Part shown: positions 8,373 through 18,687 of the stretch, piece after piece
Position numbering within the stretch: position 1 is the first letter of the stretch
How the letters are laid out: each line of letters opens with the position of its first letter
Source: Bdellovibrio sp.
Lineage (GTDB): Bacteria; Bdellovibrionota; Bdellovibrionia; Bdellovibrionales; Bdellovibrionaceae
Length of the DNA stretch: 64,000 nt
Direction of reading: 5' to 3'
NCBI GenBank assembly: GCA_036676395.1
Contig: JAKFCY010000002.1
Span: 2,464,001 to 2,528,000 of the forward strand
Notes under the pieces: model-generated
The model's input: the letters and a program-made list of their open reading frames with translations, nothing else
Told to the model about the DNA's origin: nothing
The model's database searches: none
Program-made: the position numbers and the translations under genes

Positions 8373-10167
8373 ACATTCGCTCTGGAGTTGGAATACCTAA
8401 TAGCGCCAAGCCTTGCTTAAGCGCCACACCTGTCGAATAAGCCAAGGCCATACGTGCCTTCTTAAGATCAGGTGTTTCAGCAGTTCCAATCGGGCAATCA
8501 TGGTAGAACGAATTAAACTTCTTCGCCGTATCATAAAGATAAGAACACAAAGAAGCTGGCTTGTAGTTTTCAGCAGAGTTTAAAACCACAGTGTTAAAAT
8601 TCATCAAATGCTGCATTAATTTTAATTCACTCGCGTGAGATAAAACATCTCCGGCGAATTCTGCTTTTGCATCGAATGAGAATTTTTTAAGTAAAGAATT
8701 AATACGTGCTGAAGAGTATTGAATGAAAGGACCTGATTCACCATCAAGCTTGGTCCATTCGCTCATATCAAAGACGATTTTTTTATTCGTATCTTGCTTT
8801 AACATTCCGTATTTGATCGCACCTTTTGCCACCTGATCAGCTACAGTTGCCACTTCTTCAGCCGTCCACTCACTTGCGTAGCGGGCTAAGTATTCTGATT
8901 TAATGTGCGCTTTCATTGTATCGATCAATGTCGTCAACGGCACAATGTTGCCTTTACGAGAGCTCATCGCTCCGTCTGGAAGTTCAACGAAATTATATTG
9001 TAAATGGTAACAGTCTTTAGCTTGTTCAAAACCTAAAACTTCTAGTGCTTTAAAAACTTGTTTAAAATGTAAAGCTTGTCTTTGATCGACGATGTAAATT
9101 GATTTTTCAATCTTATGATCTTCAAATTTACGACGAGCCAATTCGATATCTTTAGTTGCATATAGACCTGTGCCGTCCGATTTTAATAATAAGCAAAAGC
9201 CCATGTTTTCTTCAGAAAAATCTAAACCGATCGCACCTTGCGATTCAACAAGTTTGCCTTCAGCTAGGTATTTTTTGATCGTTTTTACAGAGTCAGAATC
9301 AACGTCTGATTCAAAATACCACTGGTCAAATTTAATATCAGCCCAGTTGTAAATTTCTTTCATTAAATCGATCGACCACTCACGAGTTTGCTTCCATAAA
9401 TCGTAGTATTCGCCGTTTTTAGCTTCTAATTGTTTTAAAATTTCAGTCAGAATCTTTCTGTTTTCATCTTCTTGCGGAGTACCAACTTGGTCTTCTAATA
9501 AAAGATTTCCTTTAGAGTACATAGCCCCTAACCAAGTTCCTTTGTTCATCATCGGCGCTGATTCTTTATTGTGAAATTTCATGTACCAAAGACATTTCGC
9601 AACATGAGTTCCGACATCACCAGGAAAAGTTGACGCTAAAATATTGTAACCAGAGTAACGAAGCAATCTTACAATCGAGTCACCTAAACACATATTACGC
9701 ATGTGACCGACGTGTAATTCTTTGTGCGTGTTCGGTTGTGAATACTCGATCATCATTTTAGGCGTTGCTTCAGTTAACTGTGCAGAAAAAGTTTCGCCAG
9801 ATAACAGAGGTTTTAAGATGTAATCTGCTAAACCAGCAGCTGAAAATTTAATATTAATATACGGACCTGCCGCTTCAACAGACGAAATCGCTTTTTTCAG
9901 CACGATATTCTGTGCGACTTCATTTTTTAATTCTTGCGCCAAAAGTTGGGCGACAACTGGCGGACCTTTTTTTAAATTCTTAGCTGTAATGAAACAACCA
10001 AAAGCTAAATGTCCAAGATCAGTATTTGGGGCATCGACTAGAGCTTTATAGACATCACCAACACTCATTGCGTCTTTAGCAACGCCGCCAGCTTCAAGTT
10101 GAACTTGAATTAACGTGATTAGAGATTGAGAAACAAGTTTTCTTAAAGGTTCGTGCAATAATGTCAT
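8371..10167 (-). CDS. argS: Arginine--tRNA ligase
   Basis: EYSQPNTHKELHVGHMRN (HIGH), MSSRKGN, DALR-type C-terminus ending ERM. Confidence 0.97.
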   Translation of the reverse strand: MTLLHEPLRKLVSQSLITLIQVQLEAGGVAKDAMSVGDVYKALVDAPNTDLGHLAFGCFITAKNLKKGPPVVAQLLAQELKNEVAQNIVLKKAISSVEAAGPYINIKFSAAGLADYILKPLLSGETFSAQLTEATPKMMIEYSQPNTHKELHVGHMRNMCLGDSIVRLLRYSGYNILASTFPGDVGTHVAKCLWYMKFHNKESAPMMNKGTWLGAMYSKGNLLLEDQVGTPQEDENRKILTEILKQLEAKNGEYYDLWKQTREWSIDLMKEIYNWADIKFDQWYFESDVDSDSVKTIKKYLAEGKLVESQGAIGLDFSEENMGFCLLLKSDGTGLYATKDIELARRKFEDHKIEKSIYIVDQRQALHFKQVFKALEVLGFEQAKDCYHLQYNFVELPDGAMSSRKGNIVPLTTLIDTMKAHIKSEYLARYASEWTAEEVATVADQVAKGAIKYGMLKQDTNKKIVFDMSEWTKLDGESGPFIQYSSARINSLLKKFSFDAKAEFAGDVLSHASELKLMQHLMNFNTVVLNSAENYKPASLCSYLYDTAKKFNSFYHDCPIGTAETPDLKKARMALAYSTGVALKQGLALLGIPTPERM

Positions 10168-10341
10168 AGCCTATATTGCTAACAAATCGTGGCAGTTTAG
10201 TCTACCTAGGAGCAGCACAACGGCCTGTAATTTTAGCTTGCCTTGGCATACCCCCGTTTTGCCAGTTAAAATGTTTGCCATGACCCCTCTTTGAAGTTAG
10301 AAATAAAGCTCTAATTTTGAGTGATAAATTTGCACTAAAAG

Positions 10342-11361
10342 GTGGCAGTTATGTTGAATGACATTCCTAGTGATAACTCGAGCGAAAATTCAGGTCCAAC
10401 ACCCACTCCTGTGGTTCGTAAACCTGACTGGTTAAAAGTGAAAGCTCCAGCCGGAGAAAATTACGTACGCATTAAAGAAATGTTAAGCGAATTAAAACTC
10501 GCAACTGTTTGCCAAGAAGCCCGTTGTCCGAATATGGGCGAATGTTGGTCTGGCGGAACAGCAACCATCATGATCATGGGTGACACTTGTACCCGTGGTT
10601 GCCGTTTCTGTAATGTGAAAACCGGAAATGCTAAAATCGGTTTACCACCGGTTGATCCTTTCGAACCAGAAAAAGTAGCGTACTCAGTTTCTCAGATGAA
10701 ACTTAAATACGTTGTTGTTACTTCGGTTGACCGTGATGATATGCCTGATCAAGGTTCTGATCATTTCGCAAGAACTGTTAAGGCAATGAAAAAATTAGAT
10801 CCAGATTTAATCGTTGAAATTTTAACTCCGGACTTTCGCGGCGAAGAAAATTTAATTCTTCACTTAGCCGCAAGCTACCCAGACGTATTTGCTCACAATA
10901 TTGAAACTGTTGAGCGCTTAACGCCGAAAGTTCGTGATCCGCGCGCTAAATACCGCCAATCAATGGATGTTTTAAAATTAGTTAAAAAATTCGATTCAAA
11001 AATTTACACGAAGTCTTCAATCATGTTGGGCTTAGGTGAAAAAGACGAAGAAATTCTACAAACTTTAAAAGACTTACGCGAAGTGGGCTGTGACGTTGTG
11101 ACTTTTGGTCAGTACTTACAACCGACGCCAAAACATTTAAAAGTTGTTGAATTCATTACTCCGGATAAATTTAAACACTGGCAAGAAACAGCTGAAAGCT
11201 TAGGATTTTTATACGTAGCTTCTGGTCCGTTAGTGCGCAGTTCTTACCGTGCCGGTGAATTCTTCATCGAAGGCATGATTAAACAAAATAGAGAATTAAA
11301 TAAAATTGAAAGAATTGGCGGACAAGTTCTTGCCGAAGACACAGCGAAAGGAAGCAACTAG
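10342..11361 (+). CDS. lipA: Lipoyl synthase
   Basis: [20 protein letters not shown] and RSSY motifs; start may be ATG 10351. Confidence 0.97.
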   Translation: MAVMLNDIPSDNSSENSGPTPTPVVRKPDWLKVKAPAGENYVRIKEMLSELKLATVCQEARCPNMGECWSGGTATIMIMGDTCTRGCRFCNVKTGNAKIGLPPVDPFEPEKVAYSVSQMKLKYVVVTSVDRDDMPDQGSDHFARTVKAMKKLDPDLIVEILTPDFRGEENLILHLAASYPDVFAHNIETVERLTPKVRDPRAKYRQSMDVLKLVKKFDSKIYTKSSIMLGLGEKDEEILQTLKDLREVGCDVVTFGQYLQPTPKHLKVVEFITPDKFKHWQETAESLGFLYVASGPLVRSSYRAGEFFIEGMIKQNRELNKIERIGGQVLAEDTAKGSN

Positions 11362-11362
11362 C

Positions 11363-13003
11363 ATGGCTGATGTAAAATTACCTGAATTAGGTGAAGGCGT
11401 AACCGAGGGCGAATTAGTTAAATGGTTAGTAAAACCAGGAGACTCTGTTAAGGCCGATCAAACAGTTTGTGAAATGATGACTGACAAAGCCACTGTTGAA
11501 GTTCCAACTCCAATTGCTGGTGTTGTAAAAGAATTATTATTCAAACCAGGCCAAGTTGTTAAAGTTGAATCTGTACTTTTAAAACTTGAAGGCGGAGCAA
11601 CCGCTACGGCTTCAGCTTCTGTTCCAGCAGCAGCTCACAAACCTGCTCCACAAGCAGCTGCTCCGGCACCTGCAGCAACTGGCGGCGGATCAACTGATGT
11701 AAAACTTCCTGAATTAGGTGAAGGCGTTACTGAAGGCGAATTAGTTAAATGGACTGTAAACATTGGTGATGCTGTTAAGGCTGATCAAACTGTTGCAGAG
11801 ATCATGACTGATAAAGCCACTGTTGAAGTTCCAACTCCGGTAGCAGGTGTTGTAAAAGAATTTAAATTTAAAAAAGGTGATGTGATCAAAGTTGAATCTG
11901 TGATTCTAACTTTATCAGGTGCAGCCAGCGCAACGGCTTCAGCTCCGCAAGCTCACTCTAACGGCGCTCACGCTCCGAAAGCTGCAGGTCCAGTACCAAG
12001 CGCACCGCAAGCAGCCGCTCCACAAATGTCAGCTTCAGCAGCTGGTGGTATTTACCCTCCTGTGGCTGAATCACGTGTATTAGCAACTCCAGCAACTCGT
12101 CGTTTAGCGCGCGAGATGGGTGTTGATATCAATGGAATGACTGGTTCTGGTTTAGCCGGCCGTGTAACTCGTGAAGACGTATTAAGCTCTAAAGGTGGAA
12201 AAGCTACAGCTGCGACATCGACTGGTGCTGGTGCAACTTCTGCAGGTGCTCCTTCAATGAACTTCCCGAAACCAGAATACAAATCGATAAATGCTCAACT
12301 AGAAGAGCGTGTTGATCTTTTAGGAATTCGTAAAAAAATCGCGCAAAACATGCAAATGTCTAAAGCGATTATTCCACATTTCACATTGATGGATGAAGCT
12401 GATGTAACTCAGTTAGTTGCATTACGTGAATCGTTAAAAGATTACGCCGAGAAAAATGGAACTAAAATCACTTACTTACCGTTCGCAATGAAGGCCATGA
12501 TTGCAACAATCAAAGAGTTTCCACAGTTCAATGCTTCAATTGACGATGCCAATTCACAGATCGTTTACAAAAAATATTTCAATATCGGTTTTGCCGCTGA
12601 CACACCAAATGGCTTAATGGTTCCAGTGATTAAAAACGCTGACCAAAAATCTATTTTAGAAATTTCAAAAGAAATTATCGATCTCTCTCGTCGTGCCCGT
12701 GACGGAAAATTAAAACCAGACGAAATGAAAGGTGCAACGATCACGATTACAAATATCGGATCTGTTGGTGGAACATACGCAACACCAATCATCAATCACC
12801 CTGAAGTTGCCATTCTTGGTATGTATAAATTGTCTGATAAACCAATTCTTAAAAAAGATGGTTCAATCGGCTTTATCAAAGCTATGAACTACACAATCAC
12901 TGCAGATCACCGTTTAATCGATGGCGCAGTGGCTGCGAACTTCTTAAAATCATTCTTCCAGAAAATTCAAAACCCTGGCGTATTGATGATGGGAATGTCG
13001 TAA
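11363..13003 (+). CDS. 2-oxoacid dehydrogenase E2 (dihydrolipoamide acyltransferase) with two lipoyl domains
   Basis: Two MTDKATVE lipoyl domains, E3-binding ATPATRRLARE, catalytic DHRLIDG; ATG at 11363 just after the lipA stop. Confidence 0.95.
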   Translation: MADVKLPELGEGVTEGELVKWLVKPGDSVKADQTVCEMMTDKATVEVPTPIAGVVKELLFKPGQVVKVESVLLKLEGGATATASASVPAAAHKPAPQAAAPAPAATGGGSTDVKLPELGEGVTEGELVKWTVNIGDAVKADQTVAEIMTDKATVEVPTPVAGVVKEFKFKKGDVIKVESVILTLSGAASATASAPQAHSNGAHAPKAAGPVPSAPQAAAPQMSASAAGGIYPPVAESRVLATPATRRLAREMGVDINGMTGSGLAGRVTREDVLSSKGGKATAATSTGAGATSAGAPSMNFPKPEYKSINAQLEERVDLLGIRKKIAQNMQMSKAIIPHFTLMDEADVTQLVALRESLKDYAEKNGTKITYLPFAMKAMIATIKEFPQFNASIDDANSQIVYKKYFNIGFAADTPNGLMVPVIKNADQKSILEISKEIIDLSRRARDGKLKPDEMKGATITITNIGSVGGTYATPIINHPEVAILGMYKLSDKPILKKDGSIGFIKAMNYTITADHRLIDGAVAANFLKSFFQKIQNPGVLMMGMS

Positions 13004-13332
13004 TGAAAAAAATCTTTTTGTTTTCAATGCTTGCGATGGCCGTTCATTTTACAGGTTGCAGTTCTGCACCTAAACTTGTTCCATCAACTGATTGGGAACA
13101 AAAAAGTGTCAGCGAATCTAAAGCCACTGAATCTGCTGTTCCATCTACGCCTTTGAATCCAGAAAAAAATGAAAATTTATTCTGCAGTTACAATGGCGGT
13201 TTAGAATTCGGGCGTCACGGTGGAATTTACACAGGCAACTGCCCTAAAACTTTAGAGCGCACATTTAAAAAAGGTTATCTCAAAGGAAAAGCTGAGTACG
13301 ACAAGCAGCAAGCTGAAAAAGGAAATAAATAA
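13003..13332 (+). CDS. Small lipoprotein, DUF2799-like C-terminus
   Basis: Lipobox FTGC; FC..NGG..G..G..Y.GNC..F..GY..G pattern; TAATG stop/start overlap with E2. Confidence 0.6.
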   Translation: MKKIFLFSMLAMAVHFTGCSSAPKLVPSTDWEQKSVSESKATESAVPSTPLNPEKNENLFCSYNGGLEFGRHGGIYTGNCPKTLERTFKKGYLKGKAEYDKQQAEKGNK

Positions 13333-13335
13333 TTT

Positions 13336-14778
13336 ATGCAAAATTTTGACGTAGTAGTTATTGGTTCTGGTCCTGGTGGTTATGTAGCGGCTATTCGCTC
13401 TTCGCAGTTAGGTTTCAAAACAGCGATCATCGAGCGCGAAGCTCTAGGCGGTGTATGCTTAAACGTGGGTTGCATCCCTTCAAAAGCGATGATCACAGCG
13501 ACGCACATGTTACACCGTGCCCAGCATGATTTCAAAACTATGGGTTTAAATATCAAAGGCGGAATCGACGTTGATATGAAAACTTTAGTTAAATGGAAAC
13601 AATCTGTTTGCGATAAAATGTCAGGTGGTGTGAACCAACTTTTAAAAGGTAACACGGTTACTATTATTAAAGGTGAAGCGACTTTTAAAACGACTAAAGA
13701 ATTAACTGTTAAATCTTCATCTGGAATAGATTCAATCACAGCCAAACATTTCATTATTGCGACTGGCTCTCGCCCGATTGAAATTCCAGGCTTCCCGTTC
13801 GATGAAAAAGACATTTGTTCATCAACAGGCGCATTAAACTTCGACGAAATCCCTAAACGTGTTGTTGCCATCGGTGGTGGTTACATCGGTTTAGAAATCA
13901 CTTCTTACTTACGTAAATTAGGTTCTGAAGTTATCGTTGTTGAAGCTCAAACTTCATTATTAGCTGGCGTTGTTGATCCTGAGTGCGCAGCTGTTGTAAC
14001 TCGTAAAGCTGAAAAAGCCGGTATCCAATTTAAATTTGGCGCCAAAGCTAAAGGCCAAAAGAAAACCAAAGACGGTTACGAAGTCACTGTTGAAATCAAC
14101 GGTAAAGACGAAGTGATCAAATGTGATAAAATTTTAGTGACTGTTGGTCGTCGTCCAAACGGAGATCAAGCTAACATTAAGGGTGCAGGCATTGCAGTTG
14201 ATGAACGCGGCTTTATCAAAGTGGATGCCCAGCGCAGAACGAACATTGCGCACATTTTTGCAATCGGTGATATCTGTGGCCAACCAATGTTAGCACACAA
14301 AGCTTCGCACGAAGGCGTAATGGTTCCAGAAATTATCTCTGGCATTAACCGTGTGTACGACGCAAAAACAGTTCCTGCGGTGGTTTTCACAGACCCCGAA
14401 ATCGCATCTGCCGGCATGACTGAAGCTGAGTGCAAAGCCAAAGGTTTTAATGATTTATTAATCTCGAAATTTCCGTTCGCAGCCAACGGCCGTGCCGTAA
14501 GCATGATGGAAACTGATGGTTTCGTAAAAATGATCGCTGACAAGAAAACTCACGTTTTATTAGGCGTTCATATCGTCGGCCCAGAAGCTTCGAATTTAAT
14601 TTCAGAAGCGGCCTTAGCGATCGAAATGGGAGCGCGCATTGAAGATGTTGCTTTAACAATCCATCCTCACCCAACTTTAGGTGAAACAATGATGGAAGCT
14701 GCAGAAGCAACTCTTGGACATGCCATTCATATTATTCAAAAACCTTTAGGTGGCGCGAGCAAAAACGCTCACGCCTAA
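13336..14778 (+). CDS. lpdA: Dihydrolipoyl dehydrogenase (E3)
   Basis: GSGPGGY, GGVCLNVGCIPSK, GGGYIGLE, HPHPTLGE. Confidence 0.97.
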   Translation: MQNFDVVVIGSGPGGYVAAIRSSQLGFKTAIIEREALGGVCLNVGCIPSKAMITATHMLHRAQHDFKTMGLNIKGGIDVDMKTLVKWKQSVCDKMSGGVNQLLKGNTVTIIKGEATFKTTKELTVKSSSGIDSITAKHFIIATGSRPIEIPGFPFDEKDICSSTGALNFDEIPKRVVAIGGGYIGLEITSYLRKLGSEVIVVEAQTSLLAGVVDPECAAVVTRKAEKAGIQFKFGAKAKGQKKTKDGYEVTVEINGKDEVIKCDKILVTVGRRPNGDQANIKGAGIAVDERGFIKVDAQRRTNIAHIFAIGDICGQPMLAHKASHEGVMVPEIISGINRVYDAKTVPAVVFTDPEIASAGMTEAECKAKGFNDLLISKFPFAANGRAVSMMETDGFVKMIADKKTHVLLGVHIVGPEASNLISEAALAIEMGARIEDVALTIHPHPTLGETMMEAAEATLGHAIHIIQKPLGGASKNAHA

Positions 14779-14803
14779 GCGCCAGCGCGCAGGATTTAAT
14801 CCT

Positions 14804-15490
14804 ATGATGTTTGAAGACTGGGGCCTCATCTCTTATGAAGAGGCCATGAATAAACAGCTAGAATACGTTGAAAAACTTGATCAGCTATTATCACAGGGCG
14901 AATCGCACCCAGGCTATCTCATCTTTTGTTCTCACCCCGCAGTTGTTACGACCGGAAGACAAACTCAGCCCTCAGACATCTTTTCTTGGCAAGGCCCAGT
15001 TATCGAAGTTTCACGGGGCGGCAGAGCCACATACCATGGCCCTTCACAAATCGTAGTCTACCCGATTATCAGTTTAAAAAATTCTCGTGGCAAAAAAGCA
15101 GAATCTGATGAACCACGTGGTGTGCAAGATGTGCGCGGTTATTTACGCACATTTGAAAGTGCTATCGTTAAAACCTTAAAAGCATTCGGCATCACTGCTG
15201 AAGGTAAAACCCCACAAAAAATGCCCGGCCAACAAGTTGAAACCGATGAAACCGGCGTCTGGATGGGAAACCAAAAGATCGCTTCACTTGGCATCGCGGT
15301 AAAAAAATGGATCACCTATCACGGCGCTGCGATTAATTTCTTTAATGACCCTACAGCGTTCACAGGCATTAATCCTTGCGGCTTCAAAACTGAAACAATG
15401 ATTTCGGTTGAGAAAGTATTAGGCCAAGGCAAGCTCACCGCAGAACAATTCAAAAATACTCTTAGAAAAAATTTAGAATTATCTCTTTAA
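14804..15490 (+). CDS. lipB: Octanoyl(lipoyl) transferase
   Basis: RGGRATYHGPSQ, KIASLG, HGAAIN, INPCG; ATG 14804 preferred. Confidence 0.93.
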   Translation: MMFEDWGLISYEEAMNKQLEYVEKLDQLLSQGESHPGYLIFCSHPAVVTTGRQTQPSDIFSWQGPVIEVSRGGRATYHGPSQIVVYPIISLKNSRGKKAESDEPRGVQDVRGYLRTFESAIVKTLKAFGITAEGKTPQKMPGQQVETDETGVWMGNQKIASLGIAVKKWITYHGAAINFFNDPTAFTGINPCGFKTETMISVEKVLGQGKLTAEQFKNTLRKNLELSL

Positions 15491-15573
15491 ATATTTTGCT
15501 TATAAAACGGCGCTCTGTAGTTCAGTCAGCAATGTTGACTGAAACCCTGAGTGATGAAATTGCGTCACGAATT

Positions 15574-16038
15574 TTAGAAACAGCTTTTTTGTAGCCAGAA
15601 AGCGAATTTCAGCAATTGAAAATCGAAGATTTCTTTTTTTGCGGCGAATTTAATGTGGCGTTGATCAGAATCTGGCAAATTGCAGAATTTATTTTCTGTG
15701 TAACAGTGCTTATGCGTTTCGACAGCAAACTTTTTTATTTTACTGCATTTTGGCAGTTCACCGGCACGCGTATATTCACGTTCTAATTCGTCTTGCAGAC
15801 ACACTCTGATTTTATTTAAAAATTCTTTGCCACGCTCTGTGTATTTGTATTCTTCGACTTGGTATTTATGGCAGTAATGCGAACCGAACTGAATGTAATA
15901 CCCGTCGGTGCCGCAGTTTTCTTGCTTTTCTAGGCATTGATAATATTCACAGGTTCCCACAGCCATGGCGCAGTTGCTGGCGTGCAAACTGAGCACACCA
16001 AATATTCCAATGATAAAAATGACTAATCCCCGACCCAT
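15574..16038 (-). CDS. Secreted 10-Cys protein with stanniocalcin-like cysteine spacing
   Basis: Signal peptide; C-x6-C-x4-C-x6-C-x13-C-x23-C-x17-C-x13-C-x6-C-x33-C. Confidence 0.65.
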   Translation of the reverse strand: MGRGLVIFIIGIFGVLSLHASNCAMAVGTCEYYQCLEKQENCGTDGYYIQFGSHYCHKYQVEEYKYTERGKEFLNKIRVCLQDELEREYTRAGELPKCSKIKKFAVETHKHCYTENKFCNLPDSDQRHIKFAAKKEIFDFQLLKFAFWLQKSCF

Positions 16039-16141
16039 AGACAAGCTTGTACCCGAGAGAACATAGTGAATGCAATAACGATCCCTTCACCGAGTGAATA
16101 CTGCAAGATCGTCTAATGTTTTTACATGTATTTTACCGGGA

Positions 16142-16612
16142 TTATTCAGCGCTAGTAGAAGCTTCGCCCTGAACGTTGCTGGCCATTACGATCGTTGCTT
16201 CGCCCTTAGCGACGACATCGCCATTAGCTTTTTTTGCAATCGTTTCAATAACGCCTAAACCACGGGTGCGGTGAAGTTTCGTGATTGTTAGTTCAAAAGT
16301 GATTTCATCGTCGATGAAAACCGGGTTGTAAAACTTTAACGTTTGGCCACGATAGATACCGCCTGTGCCAATCGCTGTGTTTAAACATCTAGAAATAATC
16401 GCGCCCAAGATCATCCCGTGCGCGATACGTTGTTTGAAAATTGTGTTTTTAGCGTACTCATCATCAAGATGGATCGGATTAAAGTCTCCAGACACTTCGG
16501 CAAATTGGCGAACCATTTTGTCGGTAATCACTTGTTTGACGACGGCTTTGTAGCCGACGTCTTTCGCGTTTTGTCTTGCTTTTTCTTCTTCTAAAAATTT
16601 TGATGATGACAT
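16142..16612 (-). CDS. MaoC-family (R)-specific enoyl-CoA hydratase
   Basis: FAEVSGDFNPIHLD..IAHGM hydratase-2 motif. Confidence 0.9.
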   Translation of the reverse strand: MSSSKFLEEEKARQNAKDVGYKAVVKQVITDKMVRQFAEVSGDFNPIHLDDEYAKNTIFKQRIAHGMILGAIISRCLNTAIGTGGIYRGQTLKFYNPVFIDDEITFELTITKLHRTRGLGVIETIAKKANGDVVAKGEATIVMASNVQGEASTSAE

Positions 16613-16619
16613 CTTATTG

Positions 16620-17960
16620 TTATAGAATATTTGCCGCTAATTCGGCAAGTGCTGATCTTTCACCTTTAGTCAGCGTGACATGGGCCGCAATAGTTTGGCC
16701 TTTGAAACGCTCTACCGCATGGGTTAAGCCAGAATTTGCTGAATCTACGTACGGATTATCGATTTGATAAACGTCACCCGTTAAAATCACCTTAGTACCG
16801 CTACCAGCACGGGTAATAATCGTTTTAATCTCGTGCGGAGTTAAATTCTGCGCCTCATCCACGATTAAGTATTGCTTAGGAATACTGCGACCACGGATAT
16901 ACGTTAAAGGCTCAATATTTAACATGCCTTGATTGATAAGCTCTTGAGCGCGGCCAGCTGCTTTTTTATCAGCACCCATTAAGAACTCAACATTATCAAA
17001 AATTGGCTGCATCCACGGATTTAATTTCTGCTCAATATCACCTGGTAAATAACCGATATCACGGCCCATCGGAAAAATCGGGCGCGAAACTAATAGTCTT
17101 TGAAAACGGCCTTCATCAAGAGTTTTAAATAAACCCGCTGCGATCGCCAGTAATGTTTTACCAGTTCCCGCTTTACCTACTAAAGAAACCATCATGATTT
17201 CATCGTTTAATAAGGCATCTAGGGCAAAAGATTGCTCAACATTGCGTGCATGGATTCCCCAGATGCTGTCTGGTGGGTTAATCAATGGCACAACTGCTTT
17301 TTCTACTCCAGAAAAACGGCCGATCGCCGAATGATTTGGATTTGAAGCATCTTTTAAAATTACGTATTGGTTAATATATAATTTGTGATCAACAACTAAT
17401 TTTTTATCGCGGTAAAAAGTATCGATAGCATCAGGCTTAACTTCAATTTCAAGGTAACCTTCGTAAAGATCGCCCTGAGTAATATCTGAATTATCGTAAT
17501 CTTTTGCATTCACACCGTAAACATCAGCTTTAATACGTAAATTGATATCTTTAGAAATCAATTCAACTTTGTGGCGAGGAAACTGTTTTTGTAAAGCCAG
17601 CGCCGTACTTAAGATACGGTTATCTGCTTTGTTTTGGTCTAATTCAGAAGGAACACCGGCCAAAAACATATCTGTCGTGATGTAGACAATAGTTTCGTGG
17701 TTATCGATTTGTACACCTTGAGCTAAACTTCCTTTTGATCTTAGAACGTCAACGAAACGGCTGAACTGACGCGCATTGCGCCCGTTTTCACCTTGGTCAC
17801 GTTTAAATTTATCGATTTCTTCGATCACCGCAAACGGAATATGTAAATCAGCATCGCCAAATTTCAACAACGCAAAAGCGTCGAATAAAATAACGTTGGT
17901 ATCCAGAACAATTTTACGACGTTTAGGTTTTGCTTCTTTAGGTGTAGGATTAGAACTCAA
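16620..17960 (-). CDS. PIN-domain + PhoH ATPase (PhoH2-like)
   Basis: VLDTNV PIN start, SKDINLRIKA, GKAGTGKT, GYLPGD, RGRS, DEAQNLT; TTG start after GGAGG. Confidence 0.92.
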   Translation of the reverse strand: MSSNPTPKEAKPKRRKIVLDTNVILFDAFALLKFGDADLHIPFAVIEEIDKFKRDQGENGRNARQFSRFVDVLRSKGSLAQGVQIDNHETIVYITTDMFLAGVPSELDQNKADNRILSTALALQKQFPRHKVELISKDINLRIKADVYGVNAKDYDNSDITQGDLYEGYLEIEVKPDAIDTFYRDKKLVVDHKLYINQYVILKDASNPNHSAIGRFSGVEKAVVPLINPPDSIWGIHARNVEQSFALDALLNDEIMMVSLVGKAGTGKTLLAIAAGLFKTLDEGRFQRLLVSRPIFPMGRDIGYLPGDIEQKLNPWMQPIFDNVEFLMGADKKAAGRAQELINQGMLNIEPLTYIRGRSIPKQYLIVDEAQNLTPHEIKTIITRAGSGTKVILTGDVYQIDNPYVDSANSGLTHAVERFKGQTIAAHVTLTKGERSALAELAANIL

Positions 17961-18067
17961 TTAGACCTCCGTTAAAGGATTGATGTGCGGCGCGTATAGC
18001 ACCTATGTAAATTGCACATCAAACCCTAACGAGAGTCAAAAGAGATTCAAAAATTTATTTTTATTTT

Positions 18068-18604
18068 TTATGCGATGGTTGGCCCTGCGACCATATCACC
18101 TTCATCAATTTGTAATCCTTCATTCAGAGAAATGATGAAATTTACGAAATGCTGAAGCGCAACATCTGAGGCAGAGCCCTTCATGTATTCAACACCGTGA
18201 CGAACGATTTCTTCGCTGTCATCGACAGTTGTGTGTTTCACTTTTACGTGAAGAGGAAAATAAGTTTTAGAATTTAAATAAACACGTAAAGCAATTTCTT
18301 CACCTACAGAGAATGAGCCCATGTGCTTTTCTAGCGAGAAAGATAAACCATCACCAGAAATGTCATACATCGAAACTTTGTATAAACCCTTTTCAGGCAA
18401 AACAAGCATGCCACTAATTAAGTCAGAAAGAATAGTTCTCTCAACTTGGCGACGTTCTTTTAAAAGAATCGGCTGAAACTTGCCTTTAAGCTCCTGCATA
18501 TTAAGCAAATTCTGATCAGCTGAGCCACCCGTTTGAATTGGATTAGTATTTACAGTTTTCAGACGTGATGTAATATCGATCACTTTTGACACTTCTTTTG
18601 CCAT
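18068..18604 (-). CDS. PilZ-domain c-di-GMP receptor
   Basis: RRQVER (RxxxR) and DISGDG (DxSxxG); ATG 18604 with GGGGG SD. Confidence 0.85.
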   Translation of the reverse strand: MAKEVSKVIDITSRLKTVNTNPIQTGGSADQNLLNMQELKGKFQPILLKERRQVERTILSDLISGMLVLPEKGLYKVSMYDISGDGLSFSLEKHMGSFSVGEEIALRVYLNSKTYFPLHVKVKHTTVDDSEEIVRHGVEYMKGSASDVALQHFVNFIISLNEGLQIDEGDMVAGPTIA

Positions 18605-18630
18605 TGGTATCCCCCATATATGCAGAATAC

Positions 18631-18658
18631 CTATCGGCAAAAAATTGTCTTAACTTGA
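18631..18658 (-). promoter_or_regulatory. sigma28-type promoter of the PilZ gene
   Basis: Minus strand TCAA-N16-GCCGATAG. Confidence 0.6.
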
Positions 18659-18687
18659 GATCCAGAAATGATACAGTTTAAAGCATT

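Noticed and set aside
11306..11362. Extended ORF-track starts (also 7613, 14750, 18640, 33367, 40353, 53610, 59827, 60956)
   Set aside because: They overlap neighbours or promoters; downstream starts fit SD spacing, operon coupling or family N-termini better.
12052..14710. Antisense ORFs over E2 and lpdA
   Set aside because: Typical shadows of codon-biased conserved genes.
15521..15571. Two hairpins with CTGA...GAA resembling a hammerhead ribozyme
   Set aside because: The CUGANGA core and a three-stem junction are not formed; more likely a terminator or spacer between convergent genes.
16620..17960. PIN domain as an active VapC-type toxin
   Set aside because: PIN-PhoH fusion is a known housekeeping-like architecture, and no antitoxin ORF was evident upstream.
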